A stretch of 64,000 nucleotides of DNA from Tubulanus polymorphus (Eukaryota > Animalia > Nemertea). Below, one piece after another: positions 24,888 through 38,145 of the stretch (the stretch's first letter is position 1; every line of letters begins with the position of its first letter). Both the position numbers and the translations under genes were made by a program. The notes under the pieces are model-generated. The model had not been told where the DNA came from and made no database searches. It worked only from the letters and a program-made list of their open reading frames with translations. Location: NCBI RefSeq assembly GCF_964204645.1, contig NC_134027.1:18562560-18626559 (forward strand), read 5' to 3'.

Positions 24888-25347
24888 CTAAAAGTACAAC
24901 AACAGTCAGTTACAATCCTTTCCATTCTAATTTTCACAAGACCTGAGCTCATTGAGCTTAGCGACAGGGCCAGTATTTAACAAATATCTTATTATCCTCG
25001 TCTCATTTGGACTTTTTAATAGACGATTCGGATTTTCCTAGCTGATCAAAGCTGCCATTTTCTACTTTCCTCAAACGACATTAATCTAAAAACGAAACAA
25101 TTACTTTATGGCGATATATATCGCTAATTGGTTGTTTATCACCGGATGTGTGCTAAGGAACACCATTTTAATCCCCGTTTGGTATCAAATAAAATATAAC
25201 CCTGACGGAAGTTGCCTCGGTCCCCAGTGCGCTGACCATTCCACATCACTAGCCAATCTCCTTTTACAGAAACTAATGTTTATATGAGGCGAGGAGCGAG
25301 CGTGTCCAGTCTCCATAGATCCGAACAACGCACTCCCTCACTGTATA

Positions 25348-25676
25348 GCCGCGATCACACGAGCATTTTTGGCCCGAACAACTGTTCACACGGGTGCCAA
25401 ATGGGCCCGAGCCTCTTTGGCCCGGGCCAAATTTGGCCTGACCAAAAACGTCGGACCAGGCACGAGCCTAATTTTAGCACCAGACAAATGATTGCGTTTG
25501 AATTGCAACTGGTACCGGAAATGAACCACTTCGCTTTGTTTGAGCATTGTTATGTTGAGTATCGAGTGAATGGTTTGCGTGTGAACGCGCTCTCTAATTA
25601 GGCACGGGCCAAATTTGGCCCGAGCCTGATCGGTGCCAATTTGGCCCGGGCCAAATCTTCTCCGTGTGATCGCGGC
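25348..25676. mobile_element. Second copy of the GCCGCGATCACACG-TIR MITE (aquaporin intron 2)
   Basis: Same TIRs, TA on both sides. The internal sequence is the reverse complement of 242-513 with an extra ~50 nt. Confidence 0.85.
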
Positions 25677-27754
25677 TAATGTCACGCATTTTATAATTAA
25701 TTCATTTTCATCGGCTCGGTTTTGAGCCGCTCTGGTTATCTCGCACTCAACCAACTATTGAAAATTGATCTTCCCTCAATTATACAATAAAAGGATTCCC
25801 CATCTTTATAAATGCGACACCTGAACACCCCCAAAGTGAAAGGATGACTGTAATGCCCACTCAACCTCCTACATATTACTCAATCTCAGATTACCTTACA
25901 CGGTAGGTACCAGTACCTCTCAGACTAATATCTCAAGATTAATCCTCAGATCATCCAGTCTTGTTTTTACCTCATTTCAATATATATTATTCCGTGTTTC
26001 GGTAGAACGAAGATGCAGAGAAAGGGGTTGAAAACATCTCTCATCCAGTATTCGCAAACAAAAAAAAAATGCAAGTATTGAAATGATAAGAGCAAAAATG
26101 GAAAATAAACCCATGACTGTAAAACTCACACTTCCATGGATTGTCACAGTAGATTTTTTAACCAATGCGGATGGGTGGCTGAGCAACCGTGTTTTGAATT
26201 CTCATTTGCAAAGAATACAGATTAGTTTCAGTAATGAGGTTAACACAGAGCTGATTCGAATAGAAATATACGATTTAATGTTGCAATCATATGATACGTA
26301 AACGTGAAATATCTATTCATAGATCCGATAAATCTGGAAAGCAGCAGTTACATGAGGTAATAATCTATTCATTCCAACTTACCCTCTTAAAATACACCTG
26401 ATAAAATAGCTATATTCTATATGCAAAGGATTATTTATCCTTTGGATATTGAATACGTACACGATTCATATTCTTATTTGTTTTATTGTTTTTCACAAAA
26501 AATCCAATATTCAGCAATGGGCTTTTATGAAAATAGAGGCATATTTATGATGAATTTGAAACAGACTTTCTTACCAAGCCCAAAATAAGATAAAAAGACG
26601 GCCTTGTCAAATATCTACATAAAAGATCCTAAATCCGATCTATGATTTTCATTTCTGTAACAAACACATCTACCTATTTGACTGTCATTTTGAAATGTTA
26701 AGTTTTTTTTATGTCTTAAGGGCAAAATGATATTCTCCAAGAAGGTCGTCACGAAAGTGCACTAGACGTAACAGGTTTGAATTCAGTTTTTAGATAAAAT
26801 GCGCTTGGAAGAGTGTTAATTTCAATGGAAGCGTCCTGGGGACATCGAAAAAAATTTTGAATAAAGATTCCTATTTTCGAATATTTCTTTCTTTTTGCAC
26901 CATCATGACATTGCCCAGAAGGTCGACTCTAGTAGTTCTGAATCGCGTTGACCTTTCAGGTCTTTCAATTTTCGGTTAGGCTAAACAAAAATGAAACCTT
27001 GTTTCTCCGCAGCGGCCGGGTCATTTTTGTAAAATATGATAAAATTTGTAAACAGTTCATTTCTATAGCGACCGAGTCTGTTATGGTAAAATTGATCACG
27101 ATTTAAAAAAAAGTAATGTATAGGGTAGATAGGCGGCCGGCCGGATCAACTTTTAAGCTCAGCAGAGCGGAGAAACAAGGTATCATTTTTTTCAGCCTTA
27201 AAAAAAGCTGCCAACTTAGAACAATAAACAATAAGTTCAGATTCTGAAAAATAGTTCCATTCGTCACATGTGATTTTGAGTTGAAAATGCGAGACGAGCG
27301 ATTAGCATGCATGTGGTGCCGGCGGCCTAGCGACTCAATGTGGAAAAAATTTCTAAAATTGAAAAAGAAATATTTGAAAATAGGATTCTTCATTCAAAAC
27401 AATGATTTCTTTCACATATAAGATTTTTCTGATGGTTATGGGGAAGCCAATAACAGGATTTAGGATTAGACCAATCATTGTTTCGACAAAATGCTAACAT
27501 TTTGAGTAGGAAAGAAATATAAATAACCATCTGCTCACAATCGCCAACATTTAATCACGTGACTATCGTAATTAGAATAATTTCGAATTACAGCGAATTT
27601 ATATTTGAATATTTATCACTATGTGTATTGGCTGCATTATCAACCCTCGAGGGACACCCCGCAACCCATTAGAGTATAATACAGATTCACATTGAAAACC
27701 ATCACGCTATATTACCATTTACATCGCCATTATTCAAAATGTTACAAAACTTAC

Positions 27755-27835
27755 CCAATGGTTACTCCAGAACCCAGTCACTACAGCTGGTCCAAAACTT
27801 CTAGCGGGATTCATACCAGATCCAGTGAAGTTTAC
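27755..27835 (-). CDS. AQP4: Aquaporin, coding exon 2 (81 nt, second NPA)
   Basis: TTCAG|[27 protein letters not shown]|GTAAG, phase 0/0. Matches the conserved 81-nt NPA exon of classical aquaporins. Confidence 0.95.
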
Positions 27836-28572
27836 CTGAATAAGAAACAAATCTTCTTTGTAACATGATCAGGTTGTAGATAGTTGAGACTATTTTCAGT
27901 GTGGGTATATAGTTGTTTCACTCAAAATATAAATTCAACAAACAGTACTTTTGTTCTGACGTTATCATTAAAAATATCACCAATGTTCATGAAAATGAAA
28001 CTATTTGCTAGGATTTGGTTTAAAGCCTACAGCTGGCCTAGAAACGTTCTAGAACGATGTATATGATGATCAAAAATTATCTTCAGTATTAACAATAAAA
28101 AGAGGATCATATACTTTTTAGATTATAACGGTTGAGGAGTCAGGTTTACACGCGGAATAAACACGAGGTTTCATCTGCTTACACATTTGTCTTTTACCTT
28201 GGGCCAACGTTTATGTGCGTGTAAATTGAAGCAAGACCACGTCACCACATCCCAAATTACTCTTACGTCAAAAAATAACAGACTTCCTTCTTGAATAACG
28301 GTTCCAAGGATGATTCAGAAAGAATAATGCAACGGCATGTACATGTATTTCATACAATATAGTGACGGAATTAATGCTGAGGAATGTCTGCATATGTCCG
28401 GACCCTAGACTTGTCAGATCCCCAATCGAAGCAGGTAATAGATGGTTATCTATCCATCTAACACCGTATTAGGTTTCTTTTCTAGGAAATTTCGTTCAAT
28501 ACATTTTCATCTGGATTGTCGTGAATTCAAGTGGAGAACGAGCGCTTGCAGCCTTCATGTATATATTTATAA

Positions 28573-28576
<4 letters not shown>

Positions 28577-28607
<31 letters not shown>

Positions 28608-28766
28608 TGTACGTATGTACATTTTGCATACATACATACATACACACACACATACACACACACACACATACACACACACATACACACGCACATACACACG
28701 CACATACACACGCACATACGCACGCACGCACGCACACACGCACGCACGCACACACACATACATACA
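28577..28766. repeat. Compound microsatellite (TATG)n/(CATA)n/(CA)n/(CACG)n
   Basis: Directly visible. It is the source of six spurious low-complexity ORFs. Confidence 0.95.
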
Positions 28767-29541
28767 TTTGCGAAAGAAAACACGATTTGGGAGTGTTGAT
28801 TACAAATTGACATACGACAATATATCATACGACAATAAATCTTTCTGTATCGTCAGATATCATCTACGAACGGCTTTAACAATTTTATATGTTTTACACA
28901 AGAAATTTGTTCCCAAGTTCTACATTGTACAAAATGTAGGTTTTGCTGAAGGAAGGCACCCGGTGGCGTGACCAAAGAAAATCACCCAAAATATGATAGC
29001 CCTTCGAGCGAATTAAGGGACCCGTGATTAAATTTCAAAAAATCATTTTCTGCGAAAAACAACGTGGGAGTTTGGGAATGTTGATTACATATTGAGAGCC
29101 AATTGTTTTATTGATTACACGAAAATAAATTTTTCTGTAGTTAAAAAACGTCAGATTTCTACATTAAATCTCATGGCTTCAATAGTTTTATATGTTTTAC
29201 ACTAAAGATTTGTTCCTAAGTATTACAACGGGTTGCATGGGTACGGAATTAATTGAACAACGGCATTTTAAATACGGATAATAGCGTATACGAATTTTAC
29301 TCGAAACAGAAAAGGGGAATAACTTTTGAAAAACGGGAGTAAAAACACATAAAGATACGATATGTTAAAAAACGCACGGCATTTTACTCCCACGAGGGAT
29401 TGGCAAAATATTGAGTAAATTATTCATGTGGGTACTTGTGTGGAGCGGGACGGTCATTTTGTAACAGGCGGACTGCGCGGCGCGTTATTCTCCTGGACTC
29501 CACCCTTAGCGATGCTGTGAAAACGGCGCGCTTGTTATTCT

Positions 29542-31935
29542 AAACAAGAGCCCCAAGGGGCACAATGGCCAGCCTGTCAGATTTGCTTTTTATAAATGAT
29601 GTAATCTGTGGGTTATATTTATCAATATACACTCCCTGCTCAATATCATTTACGTAGTAAAATCGTGTGTTAACACAGACAGCAGGAATGAATGTAATAT
29701 AGAAATACTAAGTTATTGTATTGTTCAACGCCCCTGGTGGCCATATACAAAAACCAATGAGCTTGAAACTCACCAAGATCATAGACCATGTCATGAGCTA
29801 CAACTTTCCAATTGATTGTCGTAGCAAAATATGCATAGGTACGAATGTAATATAGAAATACTAAGTTATTGTATTGTTCAACGCCCCCTGGTGGCCATAA
29901 ACAAAAACCAATGAGCTTGAAACTCACCTCGATCATAGAACATGAGCTACAACTTTCCAATTGATTATAGTTGCAAAATATGCTTAAGTATCAATTATGA
30001 TGTGGAAAAACTTTTTTCCACCTACGAATGAGTACTGATGACTCCAAGATGGCCGCCAAGTGCGTCATAATTGCCTGGTCAAAAATACCCTCTCGGATAT
30101 AAAAGATCCCTTTCCAAAGAGTACCCATTACAAATTGCAATGAAACATGGCGCACCATTAGAAAGCTACAGTACTCAGAATTCAGGCCAAAATTGACATT
30201 TTTGGGAACAAAAAAGGTCACAGGACGGCCATCTTGAGTCCGATCGACCCAATTTTTCTCATGCCGATGGGCCCTCGGGGGAAACAAATATATACGAATG
30301 ATCAAGGTTATTGATAAAAGTGTCTTCAAAATTTCCCTCGAAAACTTCAAAAATGTGTAAAAAGTGCTGATTTTGGCGAACAACAATGGCTGCCAGTCGG
30401 CCATCTTGAATCTGACAGGGCCAGTTTTTGGCCTGAAGATGTGTCTAGGGTAGATACACGTATAAACCAAATATCAAGACATTACCTTGAAGCCTCTTCA
30501 AAACTTTGGAACTCTCACGAACTATCTAGATGGTTATCTCTCGACCTCAATAGCTTCAAGACCCATCTCAAAACAACTTTGTTCCATGCAGCATACCATT
30601 AACTCTCGGAAAGCGAATTGTATTTAACATTTTTTTGGCAGAATAAAATTTGATTGAATTTGCAATTCGGGCACATGGCTAATTAGCATATCAAGGTCAT
30701 ACACCCGATTTGGTAAAACCATTTTTTTCGCGAACCTTGCGCAATTGTCAAGGATGAATTTTCTGTAGAGCAAATAAAAATTCCTCCCAAACACCAAATC
30801 AACTAAAGATTTCATAGAAATCGATCTTGAAATACAATTTTAAATCTTAAAATAAAACCCGGAAGTAAAACAGTAGACGACCGCGGGTTCACGTGAACCC
30901 TGATATCTGTAAACGAAATGTTGGTTGTGACAAAATTGTTCAAACGGTTTTAGGTGGTAATAAGTACGGAAACGTAACGACCATCGTCGACTTATTCGAT
31001 GAAATCAGGCCTATCTATGTGATATCCAAATTTTGACTTTTTTATTCTCCAGACCTCCCTGATATAGAAATAAAAAATGTTGGTGGTACGAAAGTGCAAT
31101 CACAGCGCCGACGGGGACAGAGCCGTGTCAGAGATCGGCGGAATGAAAATTGAGGTGGACGAACACGAAGAAGTAGGCTATTGCGCTACTTGAATCACGA
31201 AAACTCCTGGCGCGGCCCCGACGCTTTTCGTTGATTAAGTAATACAAATATCATGCAATGGGTTTTCACAATCTACCGCTGGTATTTACCGGATTTCAAT
31301 ATCACTCCAAAATTCCTCGAAACCTCGAAATATCGAACCGGAACACTTCCGGTAGATATCCGCGGCTGCCCAACCGGGAAACTTATTTGTTTCAATAGAT
31401 ATTGATAGGATCAATCATCTTCACTCGTCAAGGGATTCGAACCCACTAAGCTAAAGCCATGCCAGAATCGGGTCGGGCCAATCACAGCGCTTGTAACAAA
31501 CCACATTAGGCTTCTGTGGAATTTCCCAGTAAATGGGCCAATCAGCGAACACGTAGCGAACGCGGAAGTATTGTCGCGTGTTGATACATGACGTCATGCG
31601 CAAAAGCGCCAGTAATGAAATCGCGATAATTCACGTGAACAGCTGCTGATAATTTCAGATAAACCAATCACAGGGAAGACACAACTTCCTGATTGGCTGA
31701 TAAAAATTGAAATTTTCCCGATTTAACTTTCGTGAAAAATGCAGAAAACATTTTTATGAGACCCTATTTCAAAATTCTGCTCGCTACGATTCCGAGAATG
31801 GATTACGCTTAAATACGTGATTTGTTCGAATATGCCCTCACTTGGCAAGCAAAAGAGCCTTTTGTGTGGAAACCATGTCATTTAAATTCGCTCCATTTGT
31901 ATAGTAATAGGCTCAGCCTACGGCTGGCCTAAAAA
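29542..31935 (+). mobile_element. Mosaic HINE-like element: family B ends enclosing a family A core plus further inserts (aquaporin intron 1)
   Basis: The 5' end AAACAAGAGCCCCAAGGGGCACAATGGCCAGCCTGTCAG and the 3' hairpin end AGGCTCAGCCTACGGCTGGCCTAAAA match 62315-63210. Segment ~29680-30505 matches family A. Segments 30625-30900 and 31630-31935 match family B. Confidence 0.75.
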
Positions 31936-33194
31936 TTCGACCCGTTGCTGAAGGGGACTGTGCTTTTTGCGGGATTCGAATCCAGTCTTCCAATCGGTTT
32001 CTACGGATAAATACGAACTAAAAATAACATTTTTGACAATATTTTGTGAATATTCTTTGTAAATATTCTGAAAATTACACAAAATCATTTTATCCTTCAT
32101 TCACGTATTTTAACTACCCGCGCGACGCGGCCCGCAAGTTTCGACGAAATTCCGTCCGTGACCGTCATTTTCGTCACCGCGATTTAGCCAATGCCCATGT
32201 GTCCCGGATGTAAACTACATTTTTTGAGAAGGACGGTATGGAGAAATATAGAAAATTTGAATTTGCCTCATACGCGCGATTAACTTAAGGAGCTTCCAGC
32301 TCGCGCCTTCGGCGCTCGCTGTGCGCTTATTATGGGATGATAATTCACGGGCATCATGAGTCCTACGAAATACCCTTGATATGAAGCTTTTAAAAGTATA
32401 TCAGAGACTTGTTTTGGAGTAAACCGAATAGCCCTAAAATTCCAATTCCACATGGCTTAACGGTCGGTGTCTATGCTCTGCGAGACAGTAGTAATAGATG
32501 TTTCGCGACAAACGCACGATTTAAATATTTATTATACTTTCTTTCACTCCTCTATTATATTACATAACTGAGTAATTCTTACATTAGATTGCTTAATTAC
32601 AGGTGGAAAGAGGTCAGATGGCATGAAAATCGACTGTGGCTGACTAATTGACGGGCGCAGATAAAGCGTTGAGGTTTCAAAAGATGTCGCCAAAATGCTT
32701 ATCATCAGGGGTAGACAAATTATCCGAAGATAAATGAAAACTCCATCTTGTTGATCGTCAGTTGATTTAGCTGTAATTATTTCGTCTGGATCAATCGACA
32801 CATAATTCATTTCAAAATCTGTGTTCAGTAGAATTTCTTTCAATGAAATAAGAATCTATTTGACTAATTTTTTACTAATGTATTCAGGAGTGAATTTTAA
32901 TTGAGCCAAAAACCAGAGAAAGCGTTCTTCAAAAATTTAGAAAATCCTAGACTCATAGTCAAATTCTGTGTGAAGTCATTTAAGGTCTTTTGCTCGAATC
33001 AAGCCAAGGGCTCAGGTGGCTAAAATTCAATTCCTCACTGTCCGATAATGCCGAGTACGACGGAGTTTACACACTGAAAAACGTTGCGCTGTGTAAGTGT
33101 AATTTGGATAAGTCAGCAATATAATGACGGGCCTGCCCCGCGCGCTCCATCTGAGACATTAACAAGTTGGACTGTATTGCTTCGATGCTTTGAC

Positions 33195-33241
33195 CTTGGA
33201 GTAATCATTTGACTAATGATTAGTCAAATGATTACTCCAAG
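33195..33241. mobile_element. Tiny 47-bp TIR-only hairpin element with 7-bp TSD CTTTGAC
   Basis: CTTGGAGTAATCATTTGACTAAT-G-ATTAGTCAAATGATTACTCCAAG is a perfect palindrome. CTTTGAC on both sides. Confidence 0.8.
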
Positions 33242-33834
33242 CTTTGACAAATGGACTCCTAATATCCACATATCCAGCATAATGTTGACCCAGGTTGCGC
33301 TTCTTGGCAATAGTCATATGTTATGGGCTAGAATTATTTCGATGAAATCTTCGTACGCTTCCCAGTTCGACATATGAACCAATTAGGCAGAAACCCGTCA
33401 TCGCTGCTATGCAGCTATATTTTCTAATTGCCTTTTTCGATGCGCCCGTAGCCAGAATTTTTACAGGATACGCTGTCATACTTTGCCAGAAAAGTACACT
33501 TAGCTAAAACAGATCTCTAATATCTCGCCCATTGGCAAACAAAATTAGAATCAATTTTGCCTTTTTGACAGCGAATTGTTTCCTTCTTTTTTTGAAAAAC
33601 TGTCCTTCGAGGCAGACAGAAAAGGGTTCTCGATATATTTTTACTTTGAATTAATATCCTTCATTCTGATGCCTATCATTTTCAACACATTTCATTCAGT
33701 ACGCTTGATGCCCTTTTCTCACTCTAGGTTGTCCTATGAATTCGTGCGATTGAATATTCGAAACACCATTCAGGTTTTCGAATTTATCTTCCTTCCACGA
33801 AGACCATTTCAAGTCATTTGAGTGCCTCACGTTA

Positions 33835-35068
33835 AGGCTGGCTTAAGGGGCACTCAGGTCGCCCTTACAACTGTAACTGCAACTAGAAGCGACTGGTTCG
33901 AGCAACTGGCAGCGATCGTCAGCGAGTTGAACATGTTGAACTCTCAGCAACGCGTCGCAGCGACTACCACTAGTTGTACAGCGTTTTTGTCGACCTGAGC
34001 GCTACTGCAACCGATTTCCGCGTTGTAGGGAAGTGCTATAGTCATTTTGAACATCACATGATCAATTGAACGTGGGCGGCGCCATTTTGAACAGATCACA
34101 TGATCAATTGAATCGCGCGTTGCAGCGACGGTCGTAGGGCGACCTGAGCGCGCACTGATTAGCGTTGAACGTTTCAATCCCGTTGCTGCCGGTTGCTTCC
34201 AGTTCTAGTTGTAAGCGACCTAAGCGCGGTTACAACTCGTGGTCTTCAGTTGCGTCGCGTCGTAGGGCGACCTGAGTGCTGCTTTATGTCGACAAGCAAC
34301 GCGACGCCTACCGACGCAACTGGGTTTATCGCCGATTAGCGGCAACTAGCGGCCTACGAGAGGCCGCCAGTTGCTCCTCAATCGGTTCGACATAAGCCGG
34401 CTTGCGACGGCAACGCGACGCCTACCGACTCGTCGCAAGCCGTATCCGGCTAGTTGCCCATGTTCTACTCCGGCCTACGGTAGGCGGGCAGTTGCTTTCG
34501 ATCGCAGCCGACATAAGCTCATCTGCGACGCGACGGAACTGGGCGCAGGGGTTCCAGCCAATGAGAGACCGTATATACATAGTACAAATTATCACCGCTA
34601 GTAAGCGTCATTCGTAATTAGTCATAAACTTTCAAATTCAAGTAGTTCAAAACGTAAACCAAACCTTCAGCACGGCAGAGGACTGGACCGAAGATCTAGA
34701 AACGAAATTGGTAGATATATGGTGTGAGCGGCCATCTTTATAGATGTCGCTAGCACGTTGTATTCAAAACTGAATCAGAAACTTCAAAGTCTTAGAGAAA
34801 TAGCTTTTCTAATAGTAGTATATTTCCTAATAATTCAAATTTATTCTCAAAATGCTTATCACGTGACCATTTGAGCCGTTGCAGTTGCTAGTAATCGCTA
34901 CCGACATAAGCAGGGAAGCAAATGGGAGGATCTCATATCCCGCTAGTCGGCCTCAGTTGCTGCGAATCGGAGCGCAGTCGAAATAAGCTGGGCTGCGATC
35001 GCGGTTGCTCTCAGTTGCGTCGGTAGGAGTCGGTAGGCGTCGCGTTGCTTGTCGACATAAGCCAGCCT
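33835..35068. mobile_element. PIF/Harbinger non-autonomous element with MADF (Myb/SANT-like) remnant
   Basis: TIR AGGCTGGCTTATGTCGACAAGCAACGCGACGCCTACCGAC, with the left copy split by a nested insertion. TTA TSD. The + strand at 34681-34805 reads DWTEDLETKLVDIWCERPSL/DVASTLYSKLNQKLQSLREIA, a MADF-type domain with one frameshift. Confidence 0.85.
33846..34283. mobile_element. Harbinger-type MITE nested in the left TIR of the previous element
   Basis: TIRs AGGGGCACTCAGGTCGCCCT / AGGGCGACCTGAGTGCTGCT. TTA duplicated at 33843-33845 and 34284-34286. Confidence 0.85.
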
Positions 35069-38000
35069 TTAGGCTCGTGAGGTACCCTCAGCCACTGCCT
35101 CAAACCTCCTGGCAGAGTAGAAACACTTTCCCCGATACACAATGAACACCTCTGATACACGGAGTAGACACGGAGCACACTTCTCCCGATACACACCTTT
35201 GTGGACATAGTGTAAACCTCTTTCACCGTTGCACACAGGGAGTACGCACGGACTACTAACTTTGTATGGAGACGATGTCAAGTCTGATTCGTCGACTCAT
35301 TCGTTTATGGCTAGTCCGTTCTGATAGGAACAACATAACATATTTATCTGTGAGATTGATATTCCACTTACATTTTTATCATCGTTTGAAGCTACAACAA
35401 AAAGGATTTCCGTCGATGTTTAACTCAAGTGTTGCCTGGGATAACTTAAAGACGATTTCATTTCCGTTAACAATAAAATCATGCACGCGACCCGAAACAA
35501 CATAATAGTTGTTTGTTGCAGATTGATCGATTCTAATGAACCGCTGAGAGTTCTTTGTGGATTGTAATCCTCTGTTTCACCAACGCCCGGTTAAACAAAA
35601 AAGTGGCGGATCCAGTACCCTATCTTGAAGATTGTTCCATAATTTTAAGGGCACAAAATCTTTGAAAAGCAAAAACCATTTTTGAGCCATTCCGGCGGGC
35701 TTTAGAGGAAAGCACAACTTTGCTGCGAGAACCTTGATGAGACTGAAAAGAAAACCATCCACGTATTGACGTACTTTGACACCGGATGTTTTGTTGTAAA
35801 AGTGCCGTTCTTGTTCTTCCATGGACGGATTGACGTAAAAAGTAGCCCCGCATACTGATGTGCCCTCCTGATCTCAGGTAAAAGTGCCATAACTAGAATG
35901 AATCCCATATTAAATGAATATCTAGGTACTATACATTTTATAAAGGGCACTAACAAGTTTCGACCGCGAAAAGGATACCCAACAGAAAAAGCCGATTTAG
36001 TCAATTGTCTATATCTTAGGATTGAATGCACCCATCTCCATCATTCATTCGCAAACGCCTTACGTAGGTTTGAATACAATACGCTCCGACATTCAGGTGA
36101 TATTTCAGTTATCGTATAACTAGTCATTACAATATATCAAAATCTGGCCCGAGTTATATTCAGGTTGCAGGTGAAGTTTATTGTTTTAGAATTTATTCCG
36201 TGTACATGCAACCCAAGGAAAATGCACGTTCTCTCAAGTCTGGTTATACAATAAAATACAATATAAATAGATACGAGAGTAACTAGTACTGGAAACATAA
36301 TCTTATACCTGGTATGCTGGTGTAATTCTATACAAAGAATGAAAGGTCCCTAGAAATCTTCAACATTACTTCAGCCCTGGTTCCCTTAGATAGTTCGTGT
36401 TCTGGAATCCGGCGTCAAATCCAAAATCTGGAGTCCTTAGTGTTCTATCCAAGTATTTTGCCAAATTACGCAAGTACCACTGAATTCGGTCGGGGGAAGA
36501 GTGCGCAGAGCAATTGTCCATAGCTAAAACTACGGTCATCTATAACAGATCGAGGCAGCATGGGGCTCTAGGAGCGCCAAATTACCTCGGTTTTTTTTAA
36601 CCCAAAAGCAAGATGTCTGATTTTTGAGACTGCGCGCTTCACTCTACAACGATATGATGTGAAGGGTCGGTTGTTATATTATATTTTGTCTCTGCATCTT
36701 TAAGACGTGCTGTATTGACCATAATTTTGACTGGGCCCAGGGGCAGATCTAGGGGTGTCCGCGGGGGCCCGGACACACCCTGAAACTTCTTCGTTCCACA
36801 CAGGACGTCCATAGTTTATCCATTTTGGATTTACCAAAAACATTTTAGTTAGAACCACTACAACTACGATGTAATAAGATTGTTTCTAGCAATATTGGAT
36901 AAAAAAGAGTCTCATCAACCCAAGGCCTGATGCTGGTTCGGCATATTTAACAAACCGACTGTCCGTTTTGCCATTCTAAAATAGATCTCACTAGAGGTCC
37001 ATTGACCTTGAGACTTTGTCGCAAGTTTCAGGCAAAATGGGCCCGAAAATGAACAAAAGCCCCCCCCCCCCGGCAGGCTGCCGGACGACGTAGCTAAATT
37101 ATCTAGTATAATTAGCTTGCTGTTTCATGTACCCTTAATATACATGACAAATCATTATACGCGTAATACATGTGTGGCTTATATACATGTACATGCAATT
37201 AATATTTCAAATTACGACCCAGGATTTAAAAACTTGTGATAATCCTTTTCGAAAAATAAAATATTTACTTGTTGCTTTGGTCTAAGTCGTAGTAGCCGTT
37301 GATCGTTGGTCATCTTCGAGTTTACGTCGTCACACACGTCGTCCCAATTTATTGCATGGAATGTTTTAATCCGGACTGGGGCTCAGGTTTACACACTGAT
37401 GGACAATTGTAAGTTCCCCATTTAATGCTAGACTAATCGCATCAATAACTCCTAGAGTAACCAGATTCACAGTTACAGATTGAATTAATCAGCTTACTAA
37501 AGTGGTGGAACATTGTTATCGCCAGTGAGCCCATAGTGGCAAGTACGTAGTACCCTGTCAGACGAAATACAACCGTATCCTTCGGTTTCAATAGGATAAA
37601 GACACAGAATGCATAACTGGGCCCGTCCGGTCAGAAATGGATTGGACATGTAACCCGTTACTTTATTACTATGACTAAAATCATATGTCGTCAATTAATT
37701 TATTAATTGATTTCAAGTAATCACGTAACGATTTTGGCTTCTAACCGAAATCTAAAAATGTTGTTTTCGTTTAAACGTATTGACGCTTTCTAATAATCAA
37801 AGTATAGGCATAATCTTGCAGGGCCATAGTTATCGGGGACAGAAGTTTTGAACTGCTAAAAATGAAAATAACACGCTGGACACATGAGTTATTGTCTGCG
37901 TAAGAGGATCCATTGCCGTGGGTAGTCCTTGTGTTCTATTGTGTTTTTTTCATAATGTAAGGTTAGTATTGTTACCCATCAGCGCATCAAGACGTTACTA

Positions 38001-38145
38001 TACCTTATTCTATTTCATTGAAAATTCTAAACGAAATATGTATTGATAGTTTATTTTTGATATTTTTGATGGTCGAAAATATGTTGATTACTAAGTTATT
38101 TTCTAACAAATGTGTGCGCCATGGACACTTCTCTGGAATACTTAC

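Noticed and set aside
28442-28971. Six overlapping ORFs rich in HT/VC/YV repeats
   Set aside because: They are translations of a compound microsatellite.
31428-31455. B-box-like GGTTCGAATCC motifs (also ~31970, ~45432)
   Set aside because: No cloverleaf or properly spaced A-box. At most SINE remnants, not tRNA genes.
35266-36119. Cluster of short overlapping ORFs in aquaporin intron 1
   Set aside because: No recognisable domain or consistent exon structure. Possibly decayed TE coding sequence, but unsupported.
38005-38145. C-terminal part of the 266-aa aquaporin ORF, and its non-ATG start at 38805
   Set aside because: This is read-through into the intron after the GTAAG donor. The second NPA lies in the 27755-27835 exon.
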